From the NCBI GenBank assembly GCA_965644295.1, contig CBFFRP010000009.1:1-64000 (forward strand): a stretch of DNA of 64,000 nucleotides. The letters are read 5' to 3'. Shown piece after piece: positions 12,463 to 25,956 of the stretch (the stretch's first letter is position 1; each line of letters opens with the position of its first letter). The stretch comes from Paraphysomonas bandaiensis (taxonomy: Eukaryota > Protista > Chrysophyceae). A program made the translations under genes and the position numbers. The notes under the pieces were generated by a model. The model ran no database searches, was not told the origin of the DNA, and saw nothing but the letters and a program-made list of their open reading frames with translations.

Positions 12463-13529
12463 GAGAGAATACATCACGATAAGTTACGAGTCCGATTTTG
12501 TTGATGGAGTTTAGTTACTTCTGTAATTGTAAGGACACTAGTTGACACACATTCCTATTCCTCCCGTATTTCACGAGGTTAACATGCTCCTTTTTACTTG
12601 GCAATAGACCTAACACGTCGGAACTAAACTAGAATGATCGCATATGATTAGATAGAAGCAAGTAGTGGTCAATCCCGGAAAATATGGAGCCCCTTTTCCT
12701 ACAGGACAAATCTCTATTGCATTCTCTAGCCTCTTCGTTGTTATTGTCATTTACTTTTACTCAAATAACACTCGGCAATGACTTCTGTTTCTAGTTTGTC
12801 GCTCATCGCTCATATCGCTAATTAAGTTAAATGAATAATGAATTACTATGTGAGATAACTCTAAGGGTATTTACAGTCTTTCACCAATCTTCGATTTTTA
12901 CCCTTTCAATAATAGAGCGAAAATGGTTGCACCTTGACGTTTACGGTGACGCACAAATAGTAAGACATCAGAGAGAAGCACTAGTTAGTTGCATACATTG
13001 CTTTGCTACATTCGTTCTGACTCTTACACACCTATTGCTAATAATCAGTCATTCACTACTGAGACGGCCCTCAATTATTTATACTATAGTATTATTAATT
13101 ATTATACATCAGCAATTGAATATATTTTCTTTCCTATTACGAATTGCTTTTACCTGTTGCACACTGTCAAGTCTAAAGTACACGAATTACTGAAGCAGTC
13201 TAGTTCACTTAATAATATCGTTATCGCATAGTCCAATGGTCCAATACACAATATTGATCCCTATGTCATCATTTACATAGAACACTTGAGAGCCAGTCCA
13301 TACAGCTCATGTGGATCAAAATGTAATAATATATGCACTCTAATAAAGTATAGCTTCTTCATATCAACACTATACTCAACAAAATAATGGCAACTATGCC
13401 GTCAGCCATAGTATAGAGTCCAGCAGCATTAAGTCTAATGCAGAACTTGAGCACAACACGCACTTATGTCTACATTCTAAGCGGCATATATACGTTAGCT
13501 GTGTGTCTATTTCTTCAAGGGGGGCACAA

Positions 13530-15630
13530 TTACAGGTAGTACGTTATAGCACGATTGCGTCCTGTTTGCCCCTTCCTATAGCTCGCTAAAACTTCTGCAC
13601 TTGGCTTTTCTGTACAGATAGACCTCCTTCTATTTCCCACAGGAAATTCGAGTGCAGGCATGCGCTTTAACATTGAGCTATTGCGCTTCAAATTAGTTTG
13701 ACTATTCCTCATATGTTTCTTGGCCGAGGGTTGGCTACCAGTGGTCATCCACTTGTGCTGCAAAAGCTGAGAAGCAGTTAATCGCTGCTTCTGATCAACT
13801 TGAATCATGCATGCAACAAACTCAATTGCATCAACTGACAGATCCGTCCAGTGTTCTTCTTGAAAATTGACTATACCCTCCTTTATCTTTTCAAACAATA
13901 CAGAAGTATCGTCGTCCATAAAAGGGGGGACTCCACACAACATAATGTAACAGATGACCCCAAAACTCCATATATCTACCTCTGAACAAAATGACAAATT
14001 AATATGTAGAAGAAAAGCTAGACCAGTCTACATGTATGTGTCTATCATATGATACAACCCAAACGTGGATCGATAAAATGCTACGTACCGGTGCAGTATC
14101 TATCACCACGGAGGATCTCAGGGGCAACATATGCTGGGGTACCCATCACCATCTCATTATCCTTGAGATCCTCCACTCGGCTTGCGAATCCAAAATCCAC
14201 AAGCTTTATGCCTGTATCGTCCCGCTCTGAAACGTATCGTAAAATAACAAACATAAGACAAACTAACAGCGTCTTTCACCTGACATCATCAGTAGATTCT
14301 CTGGTTTAAGGTCTCTGATAAATTTGTCAAACATTCAGCAAACCATTCGCCGCCACTGTACCTGTGAACAACTTGCGCCTTGTCATGCAAATACGCCAAG
14401 GCTTCTAGAACTTCACGTATAAGACTCCGGGCGTAATGTTCCGTGTAATACTCCCGCTTCACAATTCTCTCAAATAACTCTCCACCAGGAACATACTCCA
14501 ACGCAACCAGCACATACTGACTGGTGTCATATACATCATAGAGCCTATAGAGATATTAATGATAAGTGACACCAACAGTGTATGTAGATATACCTTATTA
14601 TTCGTGTGTGGTCTACTGTGCTCAGAATATTTATCTCTGCTGACAAACGTTCAATATCGAACTCATTCTTCAAGTTGGCTTTATCAAATATCTTCAAGGC
14701 CACTCTATCTCCAGTGGACTGTATACATTGATGTAAGCAAAAATACATTCCCATGAAACTGTTTACCTTATTTTCACCTAGTTTAACCTTACAGAATGAC
14801 CCCTGGCCAAGTGTCATTGGTAACACCGTATACTTATCTGAGAAATCTAATATACGATATAAGCATACAGCTATATATTAAATAGTTACATATTATATAA
14901 TAATATGCTATATAGCTATATGCCATATAGTTGTATACATTATGTGTATATAGTTATATGTTATATAGTTGTATATATTATGTGATGTCGCTATATAGTT
15001 GCATGTGTTATATTTGTTATATGCTTTATAGTTGTATGTGCTATATTTGTTATATGCTATAGAGTGATATAGTTGAATGCGATACAGTTATATAGTTGTA
15101 TGTGTAATTTTTGATATATACTATGCAGTTATGCAGTTATATAGTTATATGTTGTATAGTTGTATGTGTTATATTTGTTATATGCTATATAGTTATATAG
15201 TTGTACGTGTTATACAGATATATAGTTATATGCTATATAGTTATATAGTTGTATGTGTTATACAGATATATAGTTATATGCTATATAGTTATATAGTTGT
15301 ACGTGTTATACAGATATATAGTTATATGCTATGCAGTTATATAGTTATACAGTTGTATAGTTATATGCTATATAGCTATATGTTGTATAGTTATATAGCT
15401 GTATGCCATATACATATATGCTATACAGTTATATAGCACATCACGTTACCTTTACGATTTAACGAACTAAACTGGCCTTGTTTTTTTATATTAACCATAT
15501 CTTTATGATGATTATAAGATGATTGTATTGATTTCTCAGGGATTCTTGTATATGCACAATCATGAGGCTGTAAGAACCTCATTTCAAATATATCGCATAT
15601 GCGATCAAGACATCCACCACAACAACCCAT
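13530..15630 (-). CDS. CaMK-family Ser/Thr protein kinase, multi-exon, N-terminal MGCCGGC
   Basis: LGQGSF, VALK, GGELFERIV, HR/DLKPENL, DFG, GTP..APE and DIWSFGVI subdomains. Confidence 0.9.
14870..15440. repeat. Intronic minisatellite (tatagttatatgc-type) filling kinase intron 1 (~14847-15449)
   Basis: Many degenerate TATAGTTATATG units. Confidence 0.85.
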
Positions 15631-15749
15631 GAATAGATTTAATAAGAGTATATTGAGGTTATATCATGCTTTTATTGGGTATATAGAGGGGGAATGAAAC
15701 TGTTAAGTGATGATATGAGAGTCTGCTATATATAGACACATACATACAT

Positions 15750-15900
15750 CGTTTGGGCAACCAGCATCTTATTTTTCGGAAATAAATTGAAGTAAATATT
15801 TTCTATATTACTGTAATACAACTACGGCTGAAATACACATAATTGTTGTCTCAATATATGAGGCATATTTGAACAAGAATATACAAAGGATGCCAATGCG
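15750..15900 (+). mobile_element. ~151-bp MITE, diverged full-length copy
   Basis: Aligns with 44306-44456 and 44490-44640. Confidence 0.8.
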
Positions 15901-16196
15901 TCTATGTATACCATACTACGAACTCCATACAATACGTACGTAAATATACGTACCTCTATATACTGTACGTCGGTACTGTACGTATAGAGTGGTGTACTGC
16001 TGTACTCATCTACAGAACACCACCATATATATACAGTAGCAACAACATAGAAACAGCAGTATATACATATATACAGTACATACACTACTCTACATGCATA
16101 TATATATATATACATACTGCTGTGTACACATACATTAACATCACCATATATTCCATTCATAACCTACCCCTCTATCACTTAATTTAATCATATACA

Positions 16197-17890
16197 ATGT
16201 CTACTATTCCTACCCCAAGTAATTCATCAAATCCACTTGTATATTTTGATATACAAATAGGGAAACATGAAGCTGGTCGTATCATCTTTGAATTATATGC
16301 TGATACAACACCACGTACAGTAGAAAATTTTCGTTCATTATGTACAGGTGAACGTGGTAATAGTCCATTATCTGGATATACATTACATTATAAAGGATGT
16401 CCATTTCATCGTATTATCACTGGATTTATGGCACAAGGGGGGGATATTACACGTGGTGATGGTACAGGAGGAGAATCAATATATTCAAATAAATTTGATG
16501 ATGAAAACTTTTTAAGACGACATGATACAGCTGGATTATTATCAATGGCTAATGCTGGACCTAATACAAATGGATCTCAGTTTTTTATTACTTTTAGAGA
16601 TACACCGCATTTGGATGGTCGACATGTTGTGTTTGGAAAAGTTTTGTCTGGTATGGATGTAGTGAAAGTAATGGAAATGGTAGCTACAGATGCAAACGAC
16701 TGCCCCCGTTCATCTGTTGTGATATCTGATTGCGGACAGGTGGAGCCCTTACATTTGCATCATATTTACATGGAGTTATTATGTTGTTTTTTTAGATTGG
16801 CCAACAAGTTCATGAGGGAGACAGAGAACGCTCAGGGACAAGTCTTCTGAGTGAACAGAAAGCAGGAGATGATTCTACGAGCAGTAGCTACAAGCCGGCT
16901 GAAGTCGAGGGCGGTGAAGGTGATGAGGAAGGTATGCGATATTGCTTAGCTGAGAGACCAATTTATGTCTTGTGTACTGTGTTCTGTTTATGCTGCTCCA
17001 ATATTCAAGTGTTGTACGTGTAGTGAAACCGCAACAGGAAGAAAAGGAGCCTGTACTCACAGAGGAGGAGATCCAGCAACAAACGGCCGGTATGAGCGCA
17101 GTTCAGGCACGCCTCTTTAGGGTTCGTCTTAAGATGAACCAGGGGCGCCTTGCCAATAAGGAGGCGACAGAAACCGAGTACAAGCGTGCCACCGATCCCC
17201 GTTACAAACACAGAGAAAAGGCTGCTGAAAGGTCGGAGAAAAAACAACAGTGGGCAGGCGAATTACAAGGGGCAGGACTCAAGGCTTCTGAGGTATTGTT
17301 TCACAAGCAAAGATTTGTTGTGGCCAATCGACACTTGTATGTATTGTTCGTAATGTTTTAGTATAGAACAAAACTTCCTTAGACAATTTGTGATTAACAT
17401 GAGATGCTATAGAGCTACATGCTTCAGACTGCAGAAGAAAGTGAGCGGCAGCAACGCAAGGCAGAGAAGAAGGAAGCTAATAGAGCAACATTTGGATGGG
17501 AAGCTTTTACGGCGGAGGCGGGATACAAAGCCTACAGTAAACGCCTAGGTAATTGGTTAACCATAATATAATAATATATGTAACATTGCTCTAGGCAAAC
17601 TTCCTCCTCCCCCTGAGCCCGTTGACGCCCCCTCTGCTCCTATGAATCCTCTACGGTACGGCAAGGTTGGTACAAAGGTCTCAGAGGTAGGACTGAATCG
17701 ACTAGTGTCCGAGTTAGAGGGACGGGAAGAGGAGAGGAAGAAGTACAGTAGACGGCGTACAGCCCACGATGGAGCCACGGTTGATTTCATCAACGATAAG
17801 AATGAGCACTTCAACAAAAAGATCAAACGAGCATTCGACAAGTACACAGTGGAAATTAGACAAAATCTGGAGAGAGGGACTGCGCTGTAG
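16197..17890 (+). CDS. Cyclophilin-type PPIase fused to a C-terminal SYF2 splicing-factor domain, multi-exon
   Basis: [14 protein letters not shown] and [15 protein letters not shown] (cyclophilin), C-terminal [35 protein letters not shown] (SYF2). GT-AG introns join the two parts. Confidence 0.88.
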
Positions 17891-18274
17891 ATATCTACTG
17901 TAGTTTGCTATTTTAGTGGGTGGTTTTGAAAGTCCTGTATCTGGATACGCTGTAATCAGAACCTTGATAGTGAATATATCTTTGAAATGATGATACCATG
18001 CATGACAAGAACCGCAGTGTGACATTTCTATTCATGTACTAATAATATTGCTTCAACATCAGTCGCCATTATTGCTCAGGAGTTCGGGATATGCTCACAA
18101 TCACATTCTTGATATTCAGTCAGCCATAAACATCACAGCTTGTACACTGCAGGGTACATAATTGCACGTAATACTACTATGTGAGTATTGCGACTACTAG
18201 AGATTGTCTATTCATGATTAAGAAACATTGCCTGTAATATATCAGAATTCAGAACACACAGAAACACATCACCG

Positions 18275-19015
18275 GCCCGCACGAAACCTTCAGGCCCTCG
18301 ACAACGACGCCGTTTCCGGCAACTCTACCTATGCCTGAGTCCCAATGAGACAACGCCACATTCCACCTCTTCACCCACCTCTCAGCACACACATATAGCA
18401 CTCGGTACACTTAACACTTAGGACCTTAATACAGAACCCCGAACCTCAGAGCCTGGTGGAATCTCATCCCAAGGTGAGACCCCCTGATTGCCCCATTCTG
18501 AGCGCGTACGTAGGTAGAGTCGGGTGGGGGCCGGGTGGGTACCTAACTAATACTTGATTAAGACCCATACGTTATTTGCTAGCTACCTACTGAACCCAAC
18601 TAGCTACATCATTATCACACGGTATTCAGCGCTGATTATGCAGTGAGACCCCGAGTGGGAACTGCTGAACTGAGCAATGTGTACGTAGATATAAGTGCGC
18701 GGTCGAAACACTCAGCAGCACCCACTGGGGGGGGCGAACGCAGTGATTAGTTACGCTGTCAGTATGGGGCACTGATACCACGCGCCAGTGAGTCCTAGGA
18801 CAGACGAGCATGGCGAAACTCACAATCAACATTAAGAACGGAAGTGGTCGCACCTTGGTGCTTGCGTCGACGCAAAGCAGCTTCTGTAGCGCTAAATTGT
18901 AGGATAATAGAATTTGTGCTGATTAGGTATGGGGTATGGGTAGCGGCTAAGTAGTATGTCTAGCATTGAAGTAGCCACTATATTGGTACAGGTTTTTAAC
19001 GCCTACTGCAAAATA
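18275..19015 (+). mobile_element. Repeat R1 (probable LINE 3' end), interrupted by a solo LTR
   Basis: Colinear with ~24020-24470 once 18489-18776 is removed. Confidence 0.75.
18489..18771 (+). mobile_element. Solo-LTR-like element TGCCCCAT...ATGGGGCA with 5-bp TSD CTGAT
   Basis: TG..CA ends, 13-bp imperfect terminal inverted repeat, CTGAT at 18484-18488 and 18772-18776, absent from the R1 copy at 24.2 kb. Confidence 0.88.
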
Positions 19016-19238
19016 ATAATATATCAGAAATCATAATTGGTTGGAGTTCTGCAGCAACATATCACACTAAACCGAAAATATGAATAAATACAATGCATGT
19101 AGCAACGTGGATGACAACCGCAGTAGGTATAATAAGATAAAAAAGAGAAGCGAATATGTTACAGAAAAACATTGCTAATACTACTTACTAATAGTACAAC
19201 GGAGACACAAAACTAATAGAAAAATCTCCATAAATGGT

Positions 19239-19254
19239 GGTGTTAATAAACACC
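19239..19254 (-). promoter_or_regulatory. Histone 3' UTR stem-loop of H3 copy 1 (GGTGTT-TATT-AACACC)
   Basis: 6-bp stem and 4-nt loop about 32 nt after the stop, A-rich before and ACCA after. Confidence 0.8.
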
Positions 19255-19286
19255 TATTTTTGTTGTTTTGATTAAGCCTCAAACAT

Positions 19287-19709
<423 letters not shown>

Positions 19710-19994
19710 TTAACTCAATTCCGACAAATCCGAAATAGTGAGACTCTCGTGTGTACAAACACACCCACCACATCACCCACCCCACTCCACCCTGTCCCCT
19801 CAAGATCCTGAGCATCTTTCATAACTTCGAATTGTTTTTTTTCAAAAATCAAGAAAAGAGATGCTTTTTTTTCCTATGAGAGTATTATGGTGACTGTTCA
19901 AGATACGATTAACATGATAATGAAAGTGTTTGTGTTGTTTTTCTTCATTCTCATAAATTCACAATTCAATCGGAGTGATATTTAAACTAACTAA

Positions 19995-20312
<318 letters not shown>

Positions 20313-20359
20313 ACAAGTCCATAATATGTACCACTCTTATCACAGAAATATAAACAAAT

Positions 20360-20375
20360 GGTGTTTTTTAACGCC
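20360..20375 (+). promoter_or_regulatory. Histone 3' UTR stem-loop of H4 copy 1 (GGTGTT-TTTT-AACGCC)
   Basis: 6-bp stem with one G-U pair and a U-rich tetraloop. Mirrored at 22048-22063 on the - strand. Confidence 0.8.
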
Positions 20376-21578
20376 ACTTTTACATGGAATTATCATACGA
20401 ATAGTTTTACTTTATTATGAATGTATACCTGTTGTTGTACCTAGTGTAATTAATATTTGTTAGTGCTAGAGATTCCTTCACTCAGAGTCCTTAGGAGCCC
20501 TATGTTGCGAAACTATTGTAAGCTAGTTTTATATTAGTAATATTGCAATTCATGGTCTCATTTATCATCTGCATAATTCTGTTAGAGAACTACTTCATTG
20601 TACCTACATTTATCGTTGAGATTACTCTACTGATATAGTGGAGTGGAAATGTCAAGAATACTTGCTGTCTCTGTTCTCTGTGGTTGAATTTTAAAAACTA
20701 CAGCTGTTAATGTTGTATGCTATAACAGTAAGCACTTACTAGAGGAATTTTCTTTTATCTTTTGTCTTCAACTCTACTGTCGTCATACATATCATTTTAA
20801 GCTTCTACAATTACTCATTAAAATGTCAACTCAGTTTACATATTGTGTGGAGTAGTTTTTATATATTGCGTCAAGAGAGGTCCATTGCATGATACATATG
20901 GTGTAAACTCGCAGTATGACCATAGTGTAGGCTCGCTGGCACACCACATATAACACCGTCATAATTCAGAATAGAGCTAACTCAATTACAAACATGTAAG
21001 TATATAGTATCTTAACCGCATTAGTCACTGTACTATTGGCTTCAGTGCATACTGCATCGGAGATGGTAAATCTTTTATCTGTAACCTCATCGTATCCATT
21101 CTCGGTGATATGATGGGCTTTAATTTCTTTCTTAATAGTATATGATATATTAGCAGTAGGGGTCAAGAAACGATACCAGATAAGCAGTTAGTTGAAGACT
21201 AGTAAAGCTAGATCAACCTCTACCAGTAAACTAGAATAAATTCTCATATCCTACAGTGTCAAGTTATGACACAATTGGATGATTTACGAAGTTAATTGGA
21301 TGTTTAGATTCTCATTAAACAAGTTAAGATTAGGGAAGATTATAATAAATGTAATAAACAATATATCACGTTATCTCTACTACCACTCATTTCTAGTACG
21401 ATCTTATATCGTCACTATCTTCTCGTATGATCAATATATATTCAGTTCTCATTACTTCTCATAATACAGTTAACCACTACTGTATTCTCCAGTAACCGTC
21501 ATAATTCCAATATCTTATAATTACAGCTTTTAATTGATTAAACCGCAAAACTCAACATACAGAAGCTGCTTTTGCGTC

Positions 21579-21835
21579 TGCCCCATTCTGAGCGCGTACT
21601 TAGGTAGAGCCGGGTGGGTACCTAACTAATACTTGATTAAGACCCATACGTTATTTGCTAGCTACCTACTGAACCCAACTAGCTACATCATTATCACACG
21701 GTACTCAGCGCTGAATATGCAGTGAGACCCCGAGTGGGGAACTGCTGAACTGAGCAATGTGTACATAGATAGAAGTGCGCGGTTGCAACACTCAGCAGCA
21801 CCCACTAGAGGGCCGCAAGCTGTCAGTGTGGGGCA
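21579..21835 (+). mobile_element. Second solo-LTR-like element of the same family, TSD GCGTC, inside an inverted R1 fragment (~21558-21885)
   Basis: TGCCCC...GGGGCA ends, GCGTC at 21574-21578 and 21836-21840. The flanks rejoin as the reverse complement of ~24277-24347. Confidence 0.88.
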
Positions 21836-22110
21836 GCGTCGCCGCAAACACTAAGGTGCAACAACTTCCGTTCTTGTGTGTGAGGGCACTGCAGACATCA
21901 GTCCGTTTGGGACAGAAGATTCGATCAGGAGGACGCCCCTCAGTATAGGGCTCCTAAGGACTCTGAGTGAAGGAATCTCTAGCACTAACAACAGGTATAC
22001 ATTCATAATAAAGTAAAACTATTCGTATGATAATTCCATGTAAAAGTGGCGTTAAAAAACACCATTTGTTTATATTTCTGTGATAAGAGTGGTACATATT
22101 ATGGACTTGT

Positions 22111-22428
<318 letters not shown>

Positions 22429-22713
22429 TTAGTTAGTTTAAATATCACTCCGATTGAATTGTGAATTTATGAGAATGAAGAAAAACAACACAAACACTTT
22501 CATTATCATGTTAATCGTATCTTGAACAGTCACCATAATACTCTCATAGAAAAAAAAAGCATCTCTTTTCTTGATTTTTGAAAAAAAACAATTCGAAGTT
22601 ATGAAAGATGCTCAGGATCTTGAGGGGACAGGGTGGAGTGGGGTGGGTGATGTGGTGGGTGTGTTTGTACACACGAGAGTCTCACTATTTCGGATTTGTC
22701 GGAATTGAGTTAA

Positions 22714-23136
<423 letters not shown>

Positions 23137-23527
23137 ATGTATATATATATTTAGGAACATCGTGTATTTGTCGTACGTTTGTGGAATTCTTTTATCTTAA
23201 TCGATCTTTTATAATAATGTATTTTATAACTATTCATATAGTAACTGTTTTCTTGGTAGTTACTGGCAGTAGCATATCTATTATCCTGTAGTGTAAGGCG
23301 GAAATGAATAGTATACTGCTGTGCATGAAGTGAATTCGGTAAAAATTCGAGGCTAAGTATAGCCGAAAAGTTATAGGCGATTTATAGCTAGTACAAAGGC
23401 AGTCGCATGGTTCACAGCTTTTTCTGATTAATCGAAGAAGTTTCTTCGTATCGCTTGTGGTTACAAGCAAGCTCCAGCTAGATCGACACTATACTTGCAT
23501 AGTCCATACATGAGAACCCCCACACAT

Positions 23528-23585
23528 TTTATATTGAAGGTCTTTTTATTTAGCAATAGGCGTTAAAAACTCGTTCCGATATAGA
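23528..23585 (-). repeat. R1 tail fragment, inverted
   Basis: Reverse complement of tatatcggaacgagtttttaacgcctattgctaaataaaaagac. Confidence 0.8.
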
Positions 23586-23889
23586 TAAGTTTTGCGTTTT
23601 GCATAGTTATGAGTTATGAGATACCCCGCGTAACCTTTGCGAATACAAGCATGGACGGAAATATATTCGTCCCTACTTAATTATAAAGTACTAAATGTTA
23701 TTTCTACTAAATTAAAAATGGAACTGAAAGACTGAATTAAAAACCTATGTGCCAGTGGAGAGCGAGAAGTAGCTACGATTAGGGTAGCTAATGATCTAAG
23801 ATCGTAGTAGACGATACGTTACCCTACAGAAAGGCCCCCCTATGATTCTGTCTATGTTTTAGTAGGCTACTACCGCGACAGCGTCAAAA

Positions 23890-24602
23890 ACATAGACAGA
23901 AATGGAAACGCCCAAGGGTGCTAAGATTACTAGGAATCCACAGACGAACCGAGACTGGAACACCGCCCACCGCACCTATGAACCCTCCCAACCATACACA
24001 AAGGACCATAGCACCGGACCGTATGAAACCAACAGGCCCTAGACAACGGCGACGACGTCTCCGGCAACTCCTCCTATGCCCAACGCCCAGACGGTGCATG
24101 GTGACACCGCTACACTCCACCACACCATCAACCTTTCAATACACACATCTAGTGCTCGGTACACTTAGGACCTTAATACAGAAACCGGTACCTCAGAGCC
24201 AGGCGGAACCTTATCCCAAGGGGAGACCCCCGGACAACACGCGCCAGTGAGTCCTCAGACACACGAGCAGGGCGAACTCACACACAACATCAAGAACGGA
24301 AGTGGTTGCACCTTGGTGCTTGCGGCGACGCACAAGCAGCTTCTGTAGCGTTAAATAGTAGGATAATAGAATTTGTGCTGATTAGTTATGGGTAGAGGTC
24401 TAACTAGTAGATCTAGCATTCAATTAGCCACTATATCGGAACGAGGTTTTAACGCCTATTGCTAAATAAAAAGACATTCAATATAGAATTTGTGCTGATT
24501 AGTTATGGGTAGAGGTCTAACTAGTAGATCTAGCATTCAACTAGCCACTATATCGGAACGAGTTTTTAACGCCTATTGCTAAATAAAAAGACATTCAATA
24601 TA
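23890..24602 (+). mobile_element. Repeat R1 (LINE-like 3' end, ORF ends KGRPPD) with a tandemly duplicated ~118-bp tail
   Basis: Homologous to 18275-19015 and to ~37900-37990. Tail duplicated at ~24366-24483 and ~24484-24602. Confidence 0.75.
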
Positions 24603-25413
24603 TATATAGCTACGATTAGTAGTCTGCTATTTAACTAAATTAGTAATTAAGGGACCACCACACCATCTATTATGAGCGGTGTAATCTACTTAGCAGGTAT
24701 TAATGGCCATTATAATTCCCGAGAACTGAACTACCATTAATGGATCACAATGCTTATCAGGCTCTGGGCTATGCTACGAGCAAAGTCTTTTTAAAAGAAG
24801 GAAACAGTGTTACATCTACTTACAAAGAGACCATAAGATAAAGTATAGCAGTGGAGATAAAGTAAAGTATAAAGTATATATTTTCAGTTTACTCTTTCTA
24901 GGATATCAGTATTTACACTCTCTACCTGAAATTAGCATAGCTTCATTGTAAACTCATTAGTCTTCCTCCCACTTTTGCCGTAGTGCATTAATTTTTTCAA
25001 GATACCAGAGTATGAAATATTAGTTGTTAGTAGTTATGGGTAGAGGTATACCTAGTAGATCTAGCATACCACTAGCCACTAGATCGGAACGAGTTTTTAA
25101 CGCCTATTATTGAACTACAACCAACTCCTACGTGCGTACTTGAAGTTTGGTAAAGTCAATCGCTAGTAGTTATCCTGTATTCTATGTAGCAATGAAATAC
25201 AGAATATACATGACTACAGTATAGGAGTAGCTATTACAAGTATACAAAGAAACTGAAAATATAGTAGCTGTTAAAGATATGATTTGTAGAACAGAATGTT
25301 GATGTTGGTGAATGACGTGGTTCCTAACTCACAGGGCTACAACATCATAAACTTACTATATCTCCTATAATATCAATCAGTCAATATTGCACTAACTAAA
25401 AGCGTAAATTAAT

Positions 25414-25956
25414 ATGGCAGCGGATGGAAATTTCACGAATGTCGCCTCAGGCTCAAAGGTACCTCCCTTCGAGGAACTGAACTTCAAGAAATTCAAGAAG
25501 TTCTTCACCTCATTCCTCATGAGACACAATCGAGCTCATCTTGTCCTCTCAAAGGATAAACCAAGGCACATTCATGATCTAGACTCTACAGTCCCAGCGG
25601 GAGCTCATATGACTGATGCACAGAAGAAGCGACTACGCAAAGCGAAGAAACTCTGGAACACCCGGAACGAGACCGCGTACTCCTTCCTGATGGAAGTGTG
25701 CAATGCTCACCCAAAAGCAGGCACAACAGCGGCTCTCTACGAAGGAAGTACAGCAAAAGGGTTACTACAGGCACTGGAAGAGAGATTTCTCAATGTTTCT
25801 CCAACAGCACAATTAAAGAGCCACAGACGCTGGCAGAAGCAAAGAAGACTCCACAGAGAACATACTGGATTGAAGCTACCAGGAAGGAGGTGCACAAGCT
25901 TGAACGAAGGACATGCTGGAAGATTGTCCGAAGGCCGAAACACCGAAAAATCATAA
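25414..25956 (+). pseudogene. Truncated copia gag N-terminus; after ~25797 it runs out of frame over RT sequence
   Basis: KVPPFEELNFKKFKK...LLQALEERF resembles a copia Gag N-terminus. Confidence 0.75.

Noticed and set aside
15077-15436. 119-aa YSY-rich ORF
   Set aside because: It is a translation of the intronic minisatellite.
24560-24580. R1 tail GTTTTTAACGCC resembles the H4 stem-loop
   Set aside because: The 5' arm does not pair fully, so it is likely a chance similarity.
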